IMG/VR virus record: IMGVR_UViG_3300048856_000114
Coordinates: 1-40,918 of that record
Source of the DNA: a virus
Lineage: Duplodnaviria > Caudoviricetes
Direction: 5' to 3' (one strand)
Length of the DNA stretch: 40,918 nucleotides
Part shown: in pieces, positions 8,093 to 17,782 of the stretch
Numbering within the stretch: position 1 is the first letter of the stretch
Layout: every line of letters begins with the position of its first letter
Position numbers and translations under genes: made by a program
The notes under the pieces: model-generated
The model's input: the letters and a program-made list of their open reading frames with translations, nothing else
The model's database searches: none
Told to the model about the DNA's origin: nothing

Positions 8093-8341
8093 TCACTCTG
8101 CGGCGACGGAACTATGCGAGAGGATCGCTTTGAAGGCCTCTCGTAGGTTCTCGTAGCGGTAGAGCATCTGAGCCTTCTCGTCCTTCAGCCGCCGGAGTAG
8201 GTTCAACTCACCGTCGCTGACGTCGTTCGCCATCGCTCTCAAACGGATGTGGCCTTCGATTTCAGCCATCGCGGCCTGGTAGGTTTCAACCGCGCTAATC
8301 AGATCCTGTTGGTGCTTCTCTAGGACGAAGCTCACAAGCAA
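8093..8341 (-). CDS. Coiled-coil moron protein
   Basis: 82 aa, AGGAGGAG RBS. Confidence 0.7.
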   Translation of the reverse strand: MLVSFVLEKHQQDLISAVETYQAAMAEIEGHIRLRAMANDVSDGELNLLRRLKDEKAQMLYRYENLREAFKAILSHSSVAAE

Positions 8342-8427
8342 CTCCTCCTGCCGTCTTCTGACGGGTTATAGCGCGCCTGCGGGTAAGTGAACGACCGATT
8401 ACTAAAGATGGTAAATGTTGGGCTTCC

Positions 8428-8445
8428 ACCGCCCAGCGTGAGGAA
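8428..8445. repeat. 18-bp direct repeat ACCGCCCAGCGTGAGGAA, copy 2
   Basis: Exact match to 7756-7773. Confidence 0.85.
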
Positions 8446-8451
8446 GGGTGA

Positions 8452-8781
8452 TCAGCCGATGAAGGGTTTCGATGTCAAAGGCGATGGCTTGATCGGGAGT
8501 AACTTGCCCCATTCGGCTTGCCATAGCTGTTCGTCTTCAATCTGAACGCAGATCGTGTTGAATGGCATCCACTGGAGCATGCCCTGAGCATTCGCCAGCG
8601 CTTGTCGAACAGGAACAGGATTGCCAAGCGGAGTAACGATGACCTGCTGGGTTGAGGCCTGCTCTAACGTGGGCGCATCGGCCTCCCCAACCAGTCGCCC
8701 GTCCAACTGCCAGATCCTCACAACGATCGCATCCTCGATGTCATCCGCGTCAGCTACTCGCTGATAAACAAAGCCAGCCAT
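8452..8781 (-). CDS. Hypothetical moron protein
   Basis: Likely start MAGFVYQ at 8781. Confidence 0.65.
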   Translation of the reverse strand: MAGFVYQRVADADDIEDAIVVRIWQLDGRLVGEADAPTLEQASTQQVIVTPLGNPVPVRQALANAQGMLQWMPFNTICVQIEDEQLWQAEWGKLLPIKPSPLTSKPFIG

Positions 8782-8840
8782 CCCATCCCCCAGGTTAATC
8801 ATGCCGGTGTTCAAGAACGCACGGCTCCAGATCGGCGTCA

Positions 8841-9209
8841 ATGGCCAAGCTCAAGACCATCAAGCCACTCGTGGGAACCCTGAAGCCGCTGCTAGGTAGA
8901 GCCCAAGGCGAGAAGGCCAGAGAGCAGCACCGCTACCGAATGCAGCCATGGCGCGCTTGGTACAACACCACCAGATGGGCACGCCTCAGACGGCAGGCAT
9001 TCGAGCGCGACCTCTACACCTGCCAGCGCTCAGGCGAGATATGCGCCGGCACCGGCAATGACCCGAACAGCCCAGTGGCCAACCACAAGGTCCCGCACCA
9101 CGGAGACCCGGTTCTCTTCTGGGACATCAACAACATCGAGACCGTAACCAAGCGCATCCACGACAGCCTCATCCAGGCTGAGGAGCGCAGGGCAGCAAGG
9201 GAAGGCTGA
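8841..9209 (+). CDS. Terminase-associated HNH endonuclease (HK97 gp74-like)
   Basis: WYNTTRWARLR...RDLYTCQ...VANHKVPHHGD...NIETV...HD; lies upstream of TerS. Confidence 0.88.
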   Translation: MAKLKTIKPLVGTLKPLLGRAQGEKAREQHRYRMQPWRAWYNTTRWARLRRQAFERDLYTCQRSGEICAGTGNDPNSPVANHKVPHHGDPVLFWDINNIETVTKRIHDSLIQAEERRAAREG

Positions 9210-9211
9210 GG

Positions 9212-9409
9212 CTATTCGTCGTCGACCGGCCAGATGGTTATCAACGTCTTGGTGATGGTGCTCTTCACGACAATCACTGTGCCGCTCGTCAGGTGAACAG
9301 CGGTCTTGTCAACGCCGTGCCTTTCGATGTGGGTGATATGAGACTTCACGACGTGTACCGGATCGCCGTCGACGTTCGTAAGCTGCACTAGCCAGTCTCT
9401 CATCCGCAT
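9212..9409 (-). CDS. Small FlbD/SwrD-like moron protein
   Basis: LVQLTNVDGDPVHVVKSHITHIE...TAVHLTSGTVIVVKST pattern. Confidence 0.6.
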   Translation of the reverse strand: MRMRDWLVQLTNVDGDPVHVVKSHITHIERHGVDKTAVHLTSGTVIVVKSTITKTLITIWPVDDE

Positions 9410-9454
9410 ACCCTCGGTTTGCGCCGGCAGTCATCGCATGGCCCTGTCTGTCAG

Positions 9455-9535
9455 CCAAGGGGGGGGCAGGTAACCTTGGAAACCGCCTCTGCTGCCGTAC
9501 CCGCGTCCCCCACACTGACATAATTTTTTTCTCGC
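9455..9535. promoter_or_regulatory. Putative cos (packaging) region
   Basis: Between HNH and TerS: G-run, GGAAACCG, C-run and AATTTTTTT, a layout typical of HK97-like cos regions. Confidence 0.6.
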
Positions 9536-9551
9536 ACTGCGATTTGGACCC

Positions 9552-9959
9552 ATGGCCGGAAACAAAAATAGCGGGCGTCATGAGTACGCGCCGACGGATG
9601 AGGAGCGTGAAAAGGTCCGAGTTCTCAAGGCTGGCGGCATGTCGAACGAAGGGATTGCGGAGGCCATCGGCTTTTCGGAGCCGACGCTGCGCAAGCATTT
9701 TTCTTCAGAGCTCGATCGAGCCACGGCTAAGGTGCGCGCTGACCTGCTGATGGCCCGCTATCGATCAGCGATGGGCGGCAACGTAGCGGCCCAGAACAAA
9801 ATGATTGAGCAGGTCGGAGCCGCGCAGGCACAGGAGAAGCGAGCGCCGGCCAAGCTGCAGAAGCTGGGCAAGAAGGAAGAGCAGAAGATCGCGGCGAAGG
9901 CTGTAGGCGGCAAGTTCGCGCCGCCGAGCCCGCCGAAGCTGGTGGTGGATAATCGCTGA
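9552..9959 (+). CDS. terS: Terminase small subunit
   Basis: N-terminal HTH (NEGIAEAIGFSEPTLRKHF); GKKEEQK...KFAPPSPPKLVV tail; coupled to TerL. Confidence 0.88.
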   Translation: MAGNKNSGRHEYAPTDEEREKVRVLKAGGMSNEGIAEAIGFSEPTLRKHFSSELDRATAKVRADLLMARYRSAMGGNVAAQNKMIEQVGAAQAQEKRAPAKLQKLGKKEEQKIAAKAVGGKFAPPSPPKLVVDNR

Positions 9960-11671
9960 TGCAATGGTCTACGGCGTGCAAAGACTGGCGCGAGAGGATC
10001 GTCGCCGGCAAGTCGCTGATCCCGCTCCCTCCGCTCTTCCCGGATGAGGCAGAGGCCGCGCTTGAGGTGTTCAAGTCGCTCCAGGTGGTCGATCTCGCTC
10101 AAGTCTACGACAAGGCAACGGAGACCTACCGCCATCCGACCTTTGGTGAGGTCTGCGAGGACTTCGTCTTCGACTTCGTGCAGGCAGTGTTCGGTGCCTA
10201 TGATGCCGACAATGCCACGCGTCTTATCGAAGAGTTCTTCCTGCTCATCAGCAAGAAGAACGGCAAGAGCACGATCGTCGCCGGGATCATGCTGACGGCG
10301 CTGATCCGCAACTGGCGTTATTCGGCGGAACTGCTGATCTTGGCGCCGACGCGGGAAGTAGCCGACAACTCGTTCAAGCCGGCCGCTGACATGGTGCGGG
10401 CTGACCAGGAACTGCAGGACCTCCTGCATGTGCAGGACAATCTGAAGACAATCACCCACCGGACCACCAACGCGGTGCTGAAGGTGGTGTCGGCGGATGC
10501 CTCGACCTCAGCGGGCAAGAAGGCAGCTTTCGTCCTGGTCGAGGAGCTTTGGCTCTTCGGCAAGAAGGCCAGCGCCAGTGCAATGCTGCAGGAGGCGACG
10601 GGTGGCCTGATATCGAGGCCGGAAGGCTTCGTGATCTACATCTCGACGCAATCGGACGGGCAGCCGGCCGGCGTCTTCAAGGAGAAGTTGGACTATTTCC
10701 GATCCGTCCGCGACGGTGAAATCGACGACCCGCGCAGCCTGCCGGTGCTCTACGAGTTCCCGGAGGAGATGATCAAGTCGAAGGCCTACCTGAAGCCTGA
10801 GAACTTCTACGTCACGAACCCGAACATCGGGAAGTCGGTTCGCAAAGAATGGCTGGAGCGCAAACTGGCGCTCGTCCTCAGCGGACAGGACGAGGAAGGC
10901 GATACGATCCAGACGTTCCTCGCCAAGCATCTGAATGTCGAGATCGGCCTGAACCTTCGTGCCAACAGGTGGCCAGGCGCCGATCTGTGGGATGGTCGAG
11001 CGCGAAAAGAGATCACGGTCGACTACCTCATCGAGAACTGCGACGTGATCGTGCCAGGGCTGGACGGCGGCGGCTTAGATGACCTTTTCGGCCTCGCTGT
11101 CGTCGGGCGTCACAAGAAGACGCGGGAATGGCTCTGCTGGGTGCATGCATGGTGCCACAAGGGCGTCCTGCAGCGGCGCAAGTCGATTTCCAGCAAGCTC
11201 CAAGACCTTTCGGACGCGGGCGAGCTGACAATCGTCGATGACGAGCTCGAAGACATCTCGGCGATCATCTCCATCATTGCCAGGATCAAGGTTGCCGGAC
11301 TTCTCGCCTGCGTGGCGGTAGACCCAGCCGGGCTCGGCGAGATGGTGGAAGCACTCGACGAGATCGGCGTGACGCAGGAAGACGATCTGCTTGTCGGCGT
11401 GCCTCAGGGCTACCAGCTGATGAACGCGATCAAGACAGCTGAGCGGAAGCTGGCAAACGGAACGCTGAAACACTCTGGCACCGCGCTCATGCAGTGGTGC
11501 GTCGGTAACCTCAAGATCGAGCCGACGGCTACAGCGATCCGGGCAACGAAGCAGAACGCGGGTGATGCGAAGATCGACCCCGTCATGGCCCTTTTCAACG
11601 CGGTTACGGTGATGAGCCGGAACCCGGAGCCTAAGCGCAAGCCTCAGTACCAGATGCTGGTCCTAGGCTAA
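9959..11671 (+). CDS. terL: Terminase large subunit
   Basis: Walker A ISKKNGKST, Walker B VLVEELW, nuclease motifs GLDGGGLDD and KIDPVMA. Confidence 0.97.
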   Translation: MQWSTACKDWRERIVAGKSLIPLPPLFPDEAEAALEVFKSLQVVDLAQVYDKATETYRHPTFGEVCEDFVFDFVQAVFGAYDADNATRLIEEFFLLISKKNGKSTIVAGIMLTALIRNWRYSAELLILAPTREVADNSFKPAADMVRADQELQDLLHVQDNLKTITHRTTNAVLKVVSADASTSAGKKAAFVLVEELWLFGKKASASAMLQEATGGLISRPEGFVIYISTQSDGQPAGVFKEKLDYFRSVRDGEIDDPRSLPVLYEFPEEMIKSKAYLKPENFYVTNPNIGKSVRKEWLERKLALVLSGQDEEGDTIQTFLAKHLNVEIGLNLRANRWPGADLWDGRARKEITVDYLIENCDVIVPGLDGGGLDDLFGLAVVGRHKKTREWLCWVHAWCHKGVLQRRKSISSKLQDLSDAGELTIVDDELEDISAIISIIARIKVAGLLACVAVDPAGLGEMVEALDEIGVTQEDDLLVGVPQGYQLMNAIKTAERKLANGTLKHSGTALMQWCVGNLKIEPTATAIRATKQNAGDAKIDPVMALFNAVTVMSRNPEPKRKPQYQMLVLG

Positions 11672-11685
11672 GAAGGAACCACCAC

Positions 11686-13656
11686 ATGAACAGGATGTAT
11701 TCGGTCCTGACCGTGAAAGCGGTCGAGGAAGATCAGCGCGTGATCCGCGGCATAGCGACCACGCCGAACCCGGATCGCGTCGGCGACATCGTCGAACCCT
11801 TGGGCGTCCAGTTCAAGAACCCCATGCCACTCCTGCATCAACACGATCACGACAAGCCTGTCGGCACCGTGACCTTCGACGCACCCACCAAAGACGGCAT
11901 CACCTTCGAGGCCAAGCTCCCGAAGATCGAGGAGTCGGGCCCGCTGCGCGACCGTATCGAGACAGCCTGGGGCGAACTGAAGGTTGGGCTGGTTCGCGCT
12001 GTCTCCATCGGCTTTCGCTCGATCGAACACGCATGGCTCGACGGCGGTGGCATCCGCTTCATCAAGTCCGAGGTTCTCGAGCTCTCTCTCGTCAGCGTGC
12101 CGGCCAATGCCGACGCGATGATCTCCACCATCAAGTCGATCGACCGCCCTCTGCTTGCCGCGACTGGCAAAGAGCCGAAGGCGGATGATCGCCCTGCCCC
12201 TCCCGGCGCTGCGGGAAAGAAGACCCACTCAGTCAACCTCAAAGAAAAGGAAGTTTCAGCTATGACCATCGCTGAACAGATCGCGGCGCTTGAAGCATCC
12301 CGCCTGGCAAAGGCCGCTCGCATGGAGGCAGTGCTCCAGAAGTCCATGGACGAAGGCCGCTCGACCGATCAGGCCGAACAGGAGGAATTCGACACCCTCC
12401 AGGCCGAAGTTGCCGCCATCGACGGCGACCTCAAGCGCTTCCGTGACCTGCAGAAGGCGCAGATGACGGGCGGCGCGAAGCCGGTCGATCAAAACTCGAT
12501 CAAGTCCGGTGCCGACGGCGCGAACGCTCGTTCGAACGTCATCATCAAGGCTCCAGCGCCTGAAAAGGGCATCCGGTTCGCGCGCTTCGCCAAGTGCATC
12601 GGCCTCGCTCACAAGACGCACCGCGACCCGATCGCGATTGCCGAGGAGCGCTACGCAAACGACCCGACCATCGCCGCCGTCGTCAAGGCGGCCGTGTCCG
12701 CCGGCAATACCGGCAATGCGAACTGGGCCGGAAACCTTGTCGGTGACGAGTCCAGCATCTTCGCGGACTTCGTCGAGTTCCTGCGACCGCAGACGATTCT
12801 TGGACGCTTCGGAGCCAACGGGGTTCCTGCTCTACGCCGCGTCCCGTTCCGTGTGCCGCTGATTGGCCAGACTTCTGGCGGTGCCGGCTACTGGGTAGGT
12901 GAAGGCAAGGCAAAGCCGCTGACCAAGTTCGACTTCAGCCGCACCACCTTGAACCCGCTGAAGGTCGCCAACATCGCCGTGGTCACCATGGAAGTGCTGC
13001 GCGACTCCAGCCCGTCGGCTGAAGCCATTGTCCGCGACCAGCTGGCTGCTGCGCTGCGTGCGCGCCTCGACGTGGACTTCATCGACCCGGCCAAGGCTGC
13101 GGTGGAAGGCGTGTCGCCTGCGTCCATCCTCAATGGTGTGGCAGGCATCGCCTCCAGCGGCAACACGGCAGACGACGTTCGCGCCGACCTGCGTGCCCTG
13201 TTCGGCGCCTTCATCGCCGCCAACAACGCGCCGACCTCTGGCGCCTTCCTTATGGAGGCGACCACGGCTCTGGCACTGTCGCTGATGACCAACCCGCTCG
13301 GCCAGGCTGAGTTCGGGGGCATCACCATGAACGGCGGCACCCTGTCCGGACTGCCGGTAATCGTGTCGGAATACGTTCCGGCCGGCGTCGTGGCTCTGGT
13401 GAACGCCTCCGATATCTACCTCGCCGACGAAGGCGACATCGATGTCGATATGTCCACCGAAGCCTCCCTGGAGATGGACACGGCCCCGACCGGCGACAGC
13501 ATCACCCCGACAGCCGCTGAACTGGTCTCGCTCTGGCAGACCAACAGCGTCGGTTTCCGTGCCGAGCGCACCGTCAACTGGGCCCGCCGTCGCGCCAGCG
13601 CCGTCGCCTACCTCACCGGCGTTGCCTGGGGCACCCCGGCTGCAGCTGGCGGCTAA
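11686..13656 (+). CDS. Prohead protease-major capsid protein fusion (HK97 fold)
   Basis: N-terminal protease (DRVGDIV, LLHQHDH, SIGF, ELSLVSVPAN), coiled-coil delta domain, capsid motifs (WVGEGKAKP, SLWQTNSVGFRAER); possible internal start at 12262. Confidence 0.95.
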   Translation: MNRMYSVLTVKAVEEDQRVIRGIATTPNPDRVGDIVEPLGVQFKNPMPLLHQHDHDKPVGTVTFDAPTKDGITFEAKLPKIEESGPLRDRIETAWGELKVGLVRAVSIGFRSIEHAWLDGGGIRFIKSEVLELSLVSVPANADAMISTIKSIDRPLLAATGKEPKADDRPAPPGAAGKKTHSVNLKEKEVSAMTIAEQIAALEASRLAKAARMEAVLQKSMDEGRSTDQAEQEEFDTLQAEVAAIDGDLKRFRDLQKAQMTGGAKPVDQNSIKSGADGANARSNVIIKAPAPEKGIRFARFAKCIGLAHKTHRDPIAIAEERYANDPTIAAVVKAAVSAGNTGNANWAGNLVGDESSIFADFVEFLRPQTILGRFGANGVPALRRVPFRVPLIGQTSGGAGYWVGEGKAKPLTKFDFSRTTLNPLKVANIAVVTMEVLRDSSPSAEAIVRDQLAAALRARLDVDFIDPAKAAVEGVSPASILNGVAGIASSGNTADDVRADLRALFGAFIAANNAPTSGAFLMEATTALALSLMTNPLGQAEFGGITMNGGTLSGLPVIVSEYVPAGVVALVNASDIYLADEGDIDVDMSTEASLEMDTAPTGDSITPTAAELVSLWQTNSVGFRAERTVNWARRRASAVAYLTGVAWGTPAAAGG

Positions 13657-13670
13657 CAGCCTAGAAGTCA

Positions 13671-13696
13671 GCCGGTCGCGAACAGTCGCGGCCGGC
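13671..13696 (+). promoter_or_regulatory. Stem-loop after the capsid gene (no U-tract)
   Basis: GCCGGTCGCGA-ACAG-TCGCGGCCGGC. Confidence 0.6.
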
Positions 13697-13715
13697 ACCA
13701 CCACAGGAGATCGCC

Positions 13716-13952
13716 ATGAAGTCGCAGTCCTACATGACCCGCGCAATGCGCGCGCATGATCCCCGCTTCGCCAATGTCCTCGGCAAGCTGGGCTACGAGC
13801 GCGGCGACATGACTGCTGCGCCGCCGGCGCCGGTCGAAGACATCACCACCGTTCGCGCTGAATACTTCGATGTTGTCGGCAAGCGCGCTTTCAACGGCTG
13901 GGACATCGAAACCCTCAAGGCGAAGATTGCTGAGGCAAAGGCAAAGACCTGA
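13716..13952 (+). CDS. Small head-module protein
   Basis: 78 aa, AGGAG RBS, between capsid and portal. Confidence 0.8.
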   Translation: MKSQSYMTRAMRAHDPRFANVLGKLGYERGDMTAAPPAPVEDITTVRAEYFDVVGKRAFNGWDIETLKAKIAEAKAKT

Positions 13953-15307
13953 TGCGCTTCATGGGCCTCAACATCTCCCGCGCGTCTTCTCAGCAGAAGG
14001 CCGCCTCACCCGTCATGCAGGGCCGTAGCGGCTGGTTCCGCATCCTGGAAGGCGCGGCTGGTCACTGGCAGCGCAACATCGAGATCAAGCGCGACCTGGT
14101 GCTGTCAAACCATGCTGACTTCGCTTGCCGCACGCTGATCGCATCGGACATCTCGAAGCTCCGAATCAAGCTCGTCGAGCGGGACGCTGAAGGCGTATGG
14201 ACGGAGACGACCAACACGGCCTACTCGCCGGTGCTGCGAAAGCCGAACCACTACCAGACCCGGATGCAGTTCATCGAGACCTGGGTTCTCTCCAAGCTCC
14301 AGCACGGCAACACCTACGTCTTGAAGGGCCGTGACGGCCGCGGCGTCGTGAACAAGCTCTATGTGCTGGATCCGAACCTCGTCACTCCGATGATCGTCGA
14401 CACCGGCGACGTCTACTATCAGCTCTCGGCTGACAATCTGACTGGCCTGCAGAGCGCGGTGATGGTGCCAGCCAGCGAGATCATCCACGACCGGTACAAC
14501 ACCCTGTTTCACCCGCTGGTCGGCCTCTCGCCGATCTTCGCTGGCGGCCTCGCGGCCATGCAGGGCATAGCCATCCAGAACGACAGCGCGCTGTTCTTCC
14601 GCAACGGAGCTCGCCCTGGTGGCGTGCTGACAGCGCCAGGCGCCATCGAGGACGAGACGGCTGCTAGGATCAAGGAATACTGGGACACCAACTTCGCCGG
14701 TGACAATTCCGGCAAGGTAGCAGTGCTCGGCGACAACCTGAAATACGAGCCGATGAAGGCGAAAGCCACGGACTCGCAGATGATCGAGCAGCTGAAATGG
14801 AGCGCCGAGATCATTTGCTCGGTCTACCACGTCCCGCCGTACAAGATCGGCGTCGGTCAGATGCCGACGAACAACAACGTCCAAGCCCTAAACGTCGAAT
14901 ACTATTCGCAGTGCCTTCAGGTGCTGATCGAGGCAATGGAGCTTTGCCTTGACGAGGGGCTGGACATGAAGGAAGCCGTCGGCACCGAGTTCGACACCGA
15001 CAATCTCCTGCGCATGGACAGCGTCACGCAGATGGACGTCCTCGACAAGTCGAAGGGCATCATGACGCCGAACGAGCAGCGCCAGCGGCTCGGCCTCAAG
15101 GCCGTCGCGGGCGGGAATAGTCCGATGCTCCAGCAGCAGAACTTCAGCCTTGAGGCGCTGTCCAAGCGTGACGCGAAGGAAGACCCCTTCGGCAAGGCTG
15201 CGGCGCCGCCGACCGAACCTGCCACACCCGAAGAACCGGCGAATGATACCGCGGCTGAGGCAGAGGCCCGAGCAGCGCTCATCGAAATCTACAAAGGACT
15301 GCGCTGA
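13952..15307 (+). CDS. Portal protein (HK97 family)
   Basis: LRKPNHYQT, LQHGNTY, GLSPI, FFRNGARPGGVL, YHVPPYKIG, MTPNEQR. Confidence 0.96.
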   Translation: MRFMGLNISRASSQQKAASPVMQGRSGWFRILEGAAGHWQRNIEIKRDLVLSNHADFACRTLIASDISKLRIKLVERDAEGVWTETTNTAYSPVLRKPNHYQTRMQFIETWVLSKLQHGNTYVLKGRDGRGVVNKLYVLDPNLVTPMIVDTGDVYYQLSADNLTGLQSAVMVPASEIIHDRYNTLFHPLVGLSPIFAGGLAAMQGIAIQNDSALFFRNGARPGGVLTAPGAIEDETAARIKEYWDTNFAGDNSGKVAVLGDNLKYEPMKAKATDSQMIEQLKWSAEIICSVYHVPPYKIGVGQMPTNNNVQALNVEYYSQCLQVLIEAMELCLDEGLDMKEAVGTEFDTDNLLRMDSVTQMDVLDKSKGIMTPNEQRQRLGLKAVAGGNSPMLQQQNFSLEALSKRDAKEDPFGKAAAPPTEPATPEEPANDTAAEAEARAALIEIYKGLR

Positions 15308-16047
15308 TGACATTCGATGGCAAAGCCTTCGGCATCGAGATCGTCGGCGTCGTGAAGGGATTCCTTGAAAAGGAGTTGGCGCCGCTCTCAACTCGCATTG
15401 CAGACCTTGAGAAGCGGATCGACAGCTTGCCGGCACCTGTCGACCTGTCCGCAGACCTTGAAGCACTGAAAGCCGCTATCGGTGCCATACAGATTCCAGA
15501 ACTTCCTCAGGCTCCTGAACTGCCTGACATCGCCGCGATGGTCGAGGAAGCCGTTGATGCAGCTGTCGCGGCTCTTCCAGCGCCAGAAAAAGGCGTTGGC
15601 CTCGCTGGAGCCTTCATCGATCGATCGGGTGAGTTGGTGGTTACCCTCTCCAATGGCGAGGCCGTCAAGCTTGGCCCAGTCGTCGGCAAAGATGGCGAGC
15701 CCGGCGCCGATGCCGTCGGCTTCGACGACCTCGATGTCGCCTATGACGGCGAGAAGACCGTCACGCTGAAGTTCACCCGGGGCGAGATCGTCAAGGAGTT
15801 CCCGATCGTCATGCCGGTGGTCATCGATCGCGGCGTGTTCAAGGACGGTACAGAGTACAAGGCTGGTGATGCCGTCACCTGGGCGGGCAGCGTGTGGATC
15901 GCCCAGAAGGACACCGGCGCTAAGCCGGATGCGGGTGATGAGTGGCGCCTGTCGGTGAAGCGCGGCCGGGACGGCAAGGATGCCACCGTGAAGGAAGCCA
16001 AGCCTCATCAGCCGGTGCGCGTCGGCGTGCCCACCAAAGGGGAATGA
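15307..16047 (+). CDS. Portal-associated head protein with coiled coil, Pro-rich linker and CBM-like C-terminus
   Basis: VIDRGVFKDGTEYKAGDAVTWAGSVWIAQ...WRLSVKRGRDGKD. Confidence 0.75.
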   Translation: MTFDGKAFGIEIVGVVKGFLEKELAPLSTRIADLEKRIDSLPAPVDLSADLEALKAAIGAIQIPELPQAPELPDIAAMVEEAVDAAVAALPAPEKGVGLAGAFIDRSGELVVTLSNGEAVKLGPVVGKDGEPGADAVGFDDLDVAYDGEKTVTLKFTRGEIVKEFPIVMPVVIDRGVFKDGTEYKAGDAVTWAGSVWIAQKDTGAKPDAGDEWRLSVKRGRDGKDATVKEAKPHQPVRVGVPTKGE

Positions 16048-16048
16048 C

Positions 16049-16363
16049 ATGGCCCTCGTCACGCTCCAGCAAGTCAACCTCGCGCTGCGCCTCGACCTGG
16101 TCGACGGTGACGAGCGCGTGCCGGACATCGAGCTCAAGATCAAACAGGCGGAAGACGCCGTCCTCGACTTCCTGAAGAAGCCTGACCACGGCTGGACGGC
16201 CGAGAACGTGCCAGGTCGCGTCTCGGCTGCAATCATGCTCGTGGTGCAGAGCCTCCTCGACGAGGCGAACACCGGCGGCCTGCTCTCTGGTCTCGGTACC
16301 GGCGACCCGAAGAATCCTGTGGTGGCGCTCCTGTATCGCCTCCGCTCCCCTGTCATAGCTTGA
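16049..16363 (+). CDS. Head-tail connector (HK97 gp6-like)
   Basis: MALVTLQQVNLALRLD...QAEDAVLDFL...LLYRLR. Confidence 0.88.
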   Translation: MALVTLQQVNLALRLDLVDGDERVPDIELKIKQAEDAVLDFLKKPDHGWTAENVPGRVSAAIMLVVQSLLDEANTGGLLSGLGTGDPKNPVVALLYRLRSPVIA

Positions 16364-16376
16364 AAAGGAGACCGCC

Positions 16377-16565
16377 ATGCGCGTGAAGTTCACCCAGGAT
16401 TTCGACTACAAGCCGACCATGCAGCAGACCATCGGGTACAAAGCTGGGATGGAAGATACGGTGAAGCGGGAGTGCGGCGAAGCTGCCATCGCGGCCGGCA
16501 AGGCTGAGGAAGTGAAAGAGCACATTCGCCCTGCCCCGAAAGCCACCACTGATGGCGCTGAGTAA
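16377..16565 (+). CDS. Small hypothetical virion-module protein
   Basis: 62 aa, AGGAG RBS. Confidence 0.75.
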   Translation: MRVKFTQDFDYKPTMQQTIGYKAGMEDTVKRECGEAAIAAGKAEEVKEHIRPAPKATTDGAE

Positions 16566-16905
16566 CCCTCCGACCGCGCAGCAGCTCGACCGCCGTGTTA
16601 CTTTTGCCAAGCGCGTTCAGATCGACGACGGGCTCGGAAATACCGAAGGCCGCTTCGTGGATCAGTTCTCGCTCTGGGCAGCGTTTCGGTCGCGCGGTGG
16701 CAACGAGGCCGTTGTGGCCGCGCGGCTGGAAGGCCGGAATGTGCTGGGCGTCTACCTTCGTTCAACGCCGCAATCGCGGCAGATCGAGAACGACTGGCAA
16801 ATGACCGACAAGAGAACCGGCGAAAGATACGCTGTGAAGATCGCCGACGCCGTCACTGACCGAAACTGGGTCTATGTCGAGGTTCAGACCGGGAGCGCAG
16901 CATGA
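16552..16905 (+). CDS. Head-tail adaptor / head closure protein
   Basis: LDRRVTF...DDGLGN...EAVVAARLEG pattern and position. Confidence 0.88.
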   Translation: MALSNPPTAQQLDRRVTFAKRVQIDDGLGNTEGRFVDQFSLWAAFRSRGGNEAVVAARLEGRNVLGVYLRSTPQSRQIENDWQMTDKRTGERYAVKIADAVTDRNWVYVEVQTGSAA

Positions 16906-17318
16906 GTGCCGGCAAGGAGCTGTGGCGATCGATCCTTTCGGCGTTGAAGGGGAACGCGGCGCTTATGGCGCTTGTCGACGGTGTCCATGACAAGGCACCA
17001 AAAGAGCCATGGGGCGAGAAGCAAACCTACATTAGCCGCGGGCCATTCAGCGGTTCGCCTGATGATGCCGACTGCATTCTCGGCCAGGAGATCACCGCTC
17101 AGATCGATATCTGGTCACGCGAGCCGAACCGCTGGGTTGTCGACGACGTGATAGCCCAGGTGCGCAAATCGCTGCATGAGGCAGAACTTCCGTTCGCCGA
17201 GGGTGCCATTGCCGCCATCCAGGTTCGCCTGTGGCGAGTAACGGATGATCCGGATCCCAACCAGCAGCACGGCCTTGTTCAGATTCTGGCCGTCATCGAA
17301 GAGGCCGAAGAGGCGTGA
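16902..17318 (+). CDS. Tail terminator (DUF3168-like)
   Basis: ALMALVDGVHD...QIDIWSRE...VRKSLH...HG. Confidence 0.85.
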   Translation: MSAGKELWRSILSALKGNAALMALVDGVHDKAPKEPWGEKQTYISRGPFSGSPDDADCILGQEITAQIDIWSREPNRWVVDDVIAQVRKSLHEAELPFAEGAIAAIQVRLWRVTDDPDPNQQHGLVQILAVIEEAEEA

Positions 17319-17782
17319 CCGCCAAGGTTCTCCGGCTGAAACAGCTTCAGAAGAAGTTGCATCGCCTGCCTGCAAAGGTGAAGCAGCGCATCCGCGAGGC
17401 TATGGAGAAAGGGGCTGACGAGATTGTCGGCATGATGCAGAACCTGGTGCCGATCGGCAGCAGCATGGCGCTTCACGACTCCATCGGCTGGACTTACGGC
17501 CGAGCGCCGAAGGGTGCCATGACCATCGGCAAGGTGCAGTCAGTCGGCGGCGATCTGACCATCACCATCTACGCCGGTAATTCGGAAGCCTTCTATGCCC
17601 GTTGGGTCGAGTTCGGAACATCCGGACACACAGCCGGCGGCAAGTTCGCAGGCGCTACCATCCCGGCCATACCGGCAAGCCCGTTCTTCTACGTCAGCTT
17701 TCGAGCCAACCGGCGCCGAGTGCGCAGCCGGATATCGCGAGCGATCAACAAGGCCGCCAAAGAAGTCGCGGCCGGCGGATAA
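17315..17782 (+). CDS. HK97 gp10-like tail completion protein
   Basis: AFYARWVEFGT...PASPFFYVSFR. Confidence 0.88.
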   Translation: MTAKVLRLKQLQKKLHRLPAKVKQRIREAMEKGADEIVGMMQNLVPIGSSMALHDSIGWTYGRAPKGAMTIGKVQSVGGDLTITIYAGNSEAFYARWVEFGTSGHTAGGKFAGATIPAIPASPFFYVSFRANRRRVRSRISRAINKAAKEVAAGG

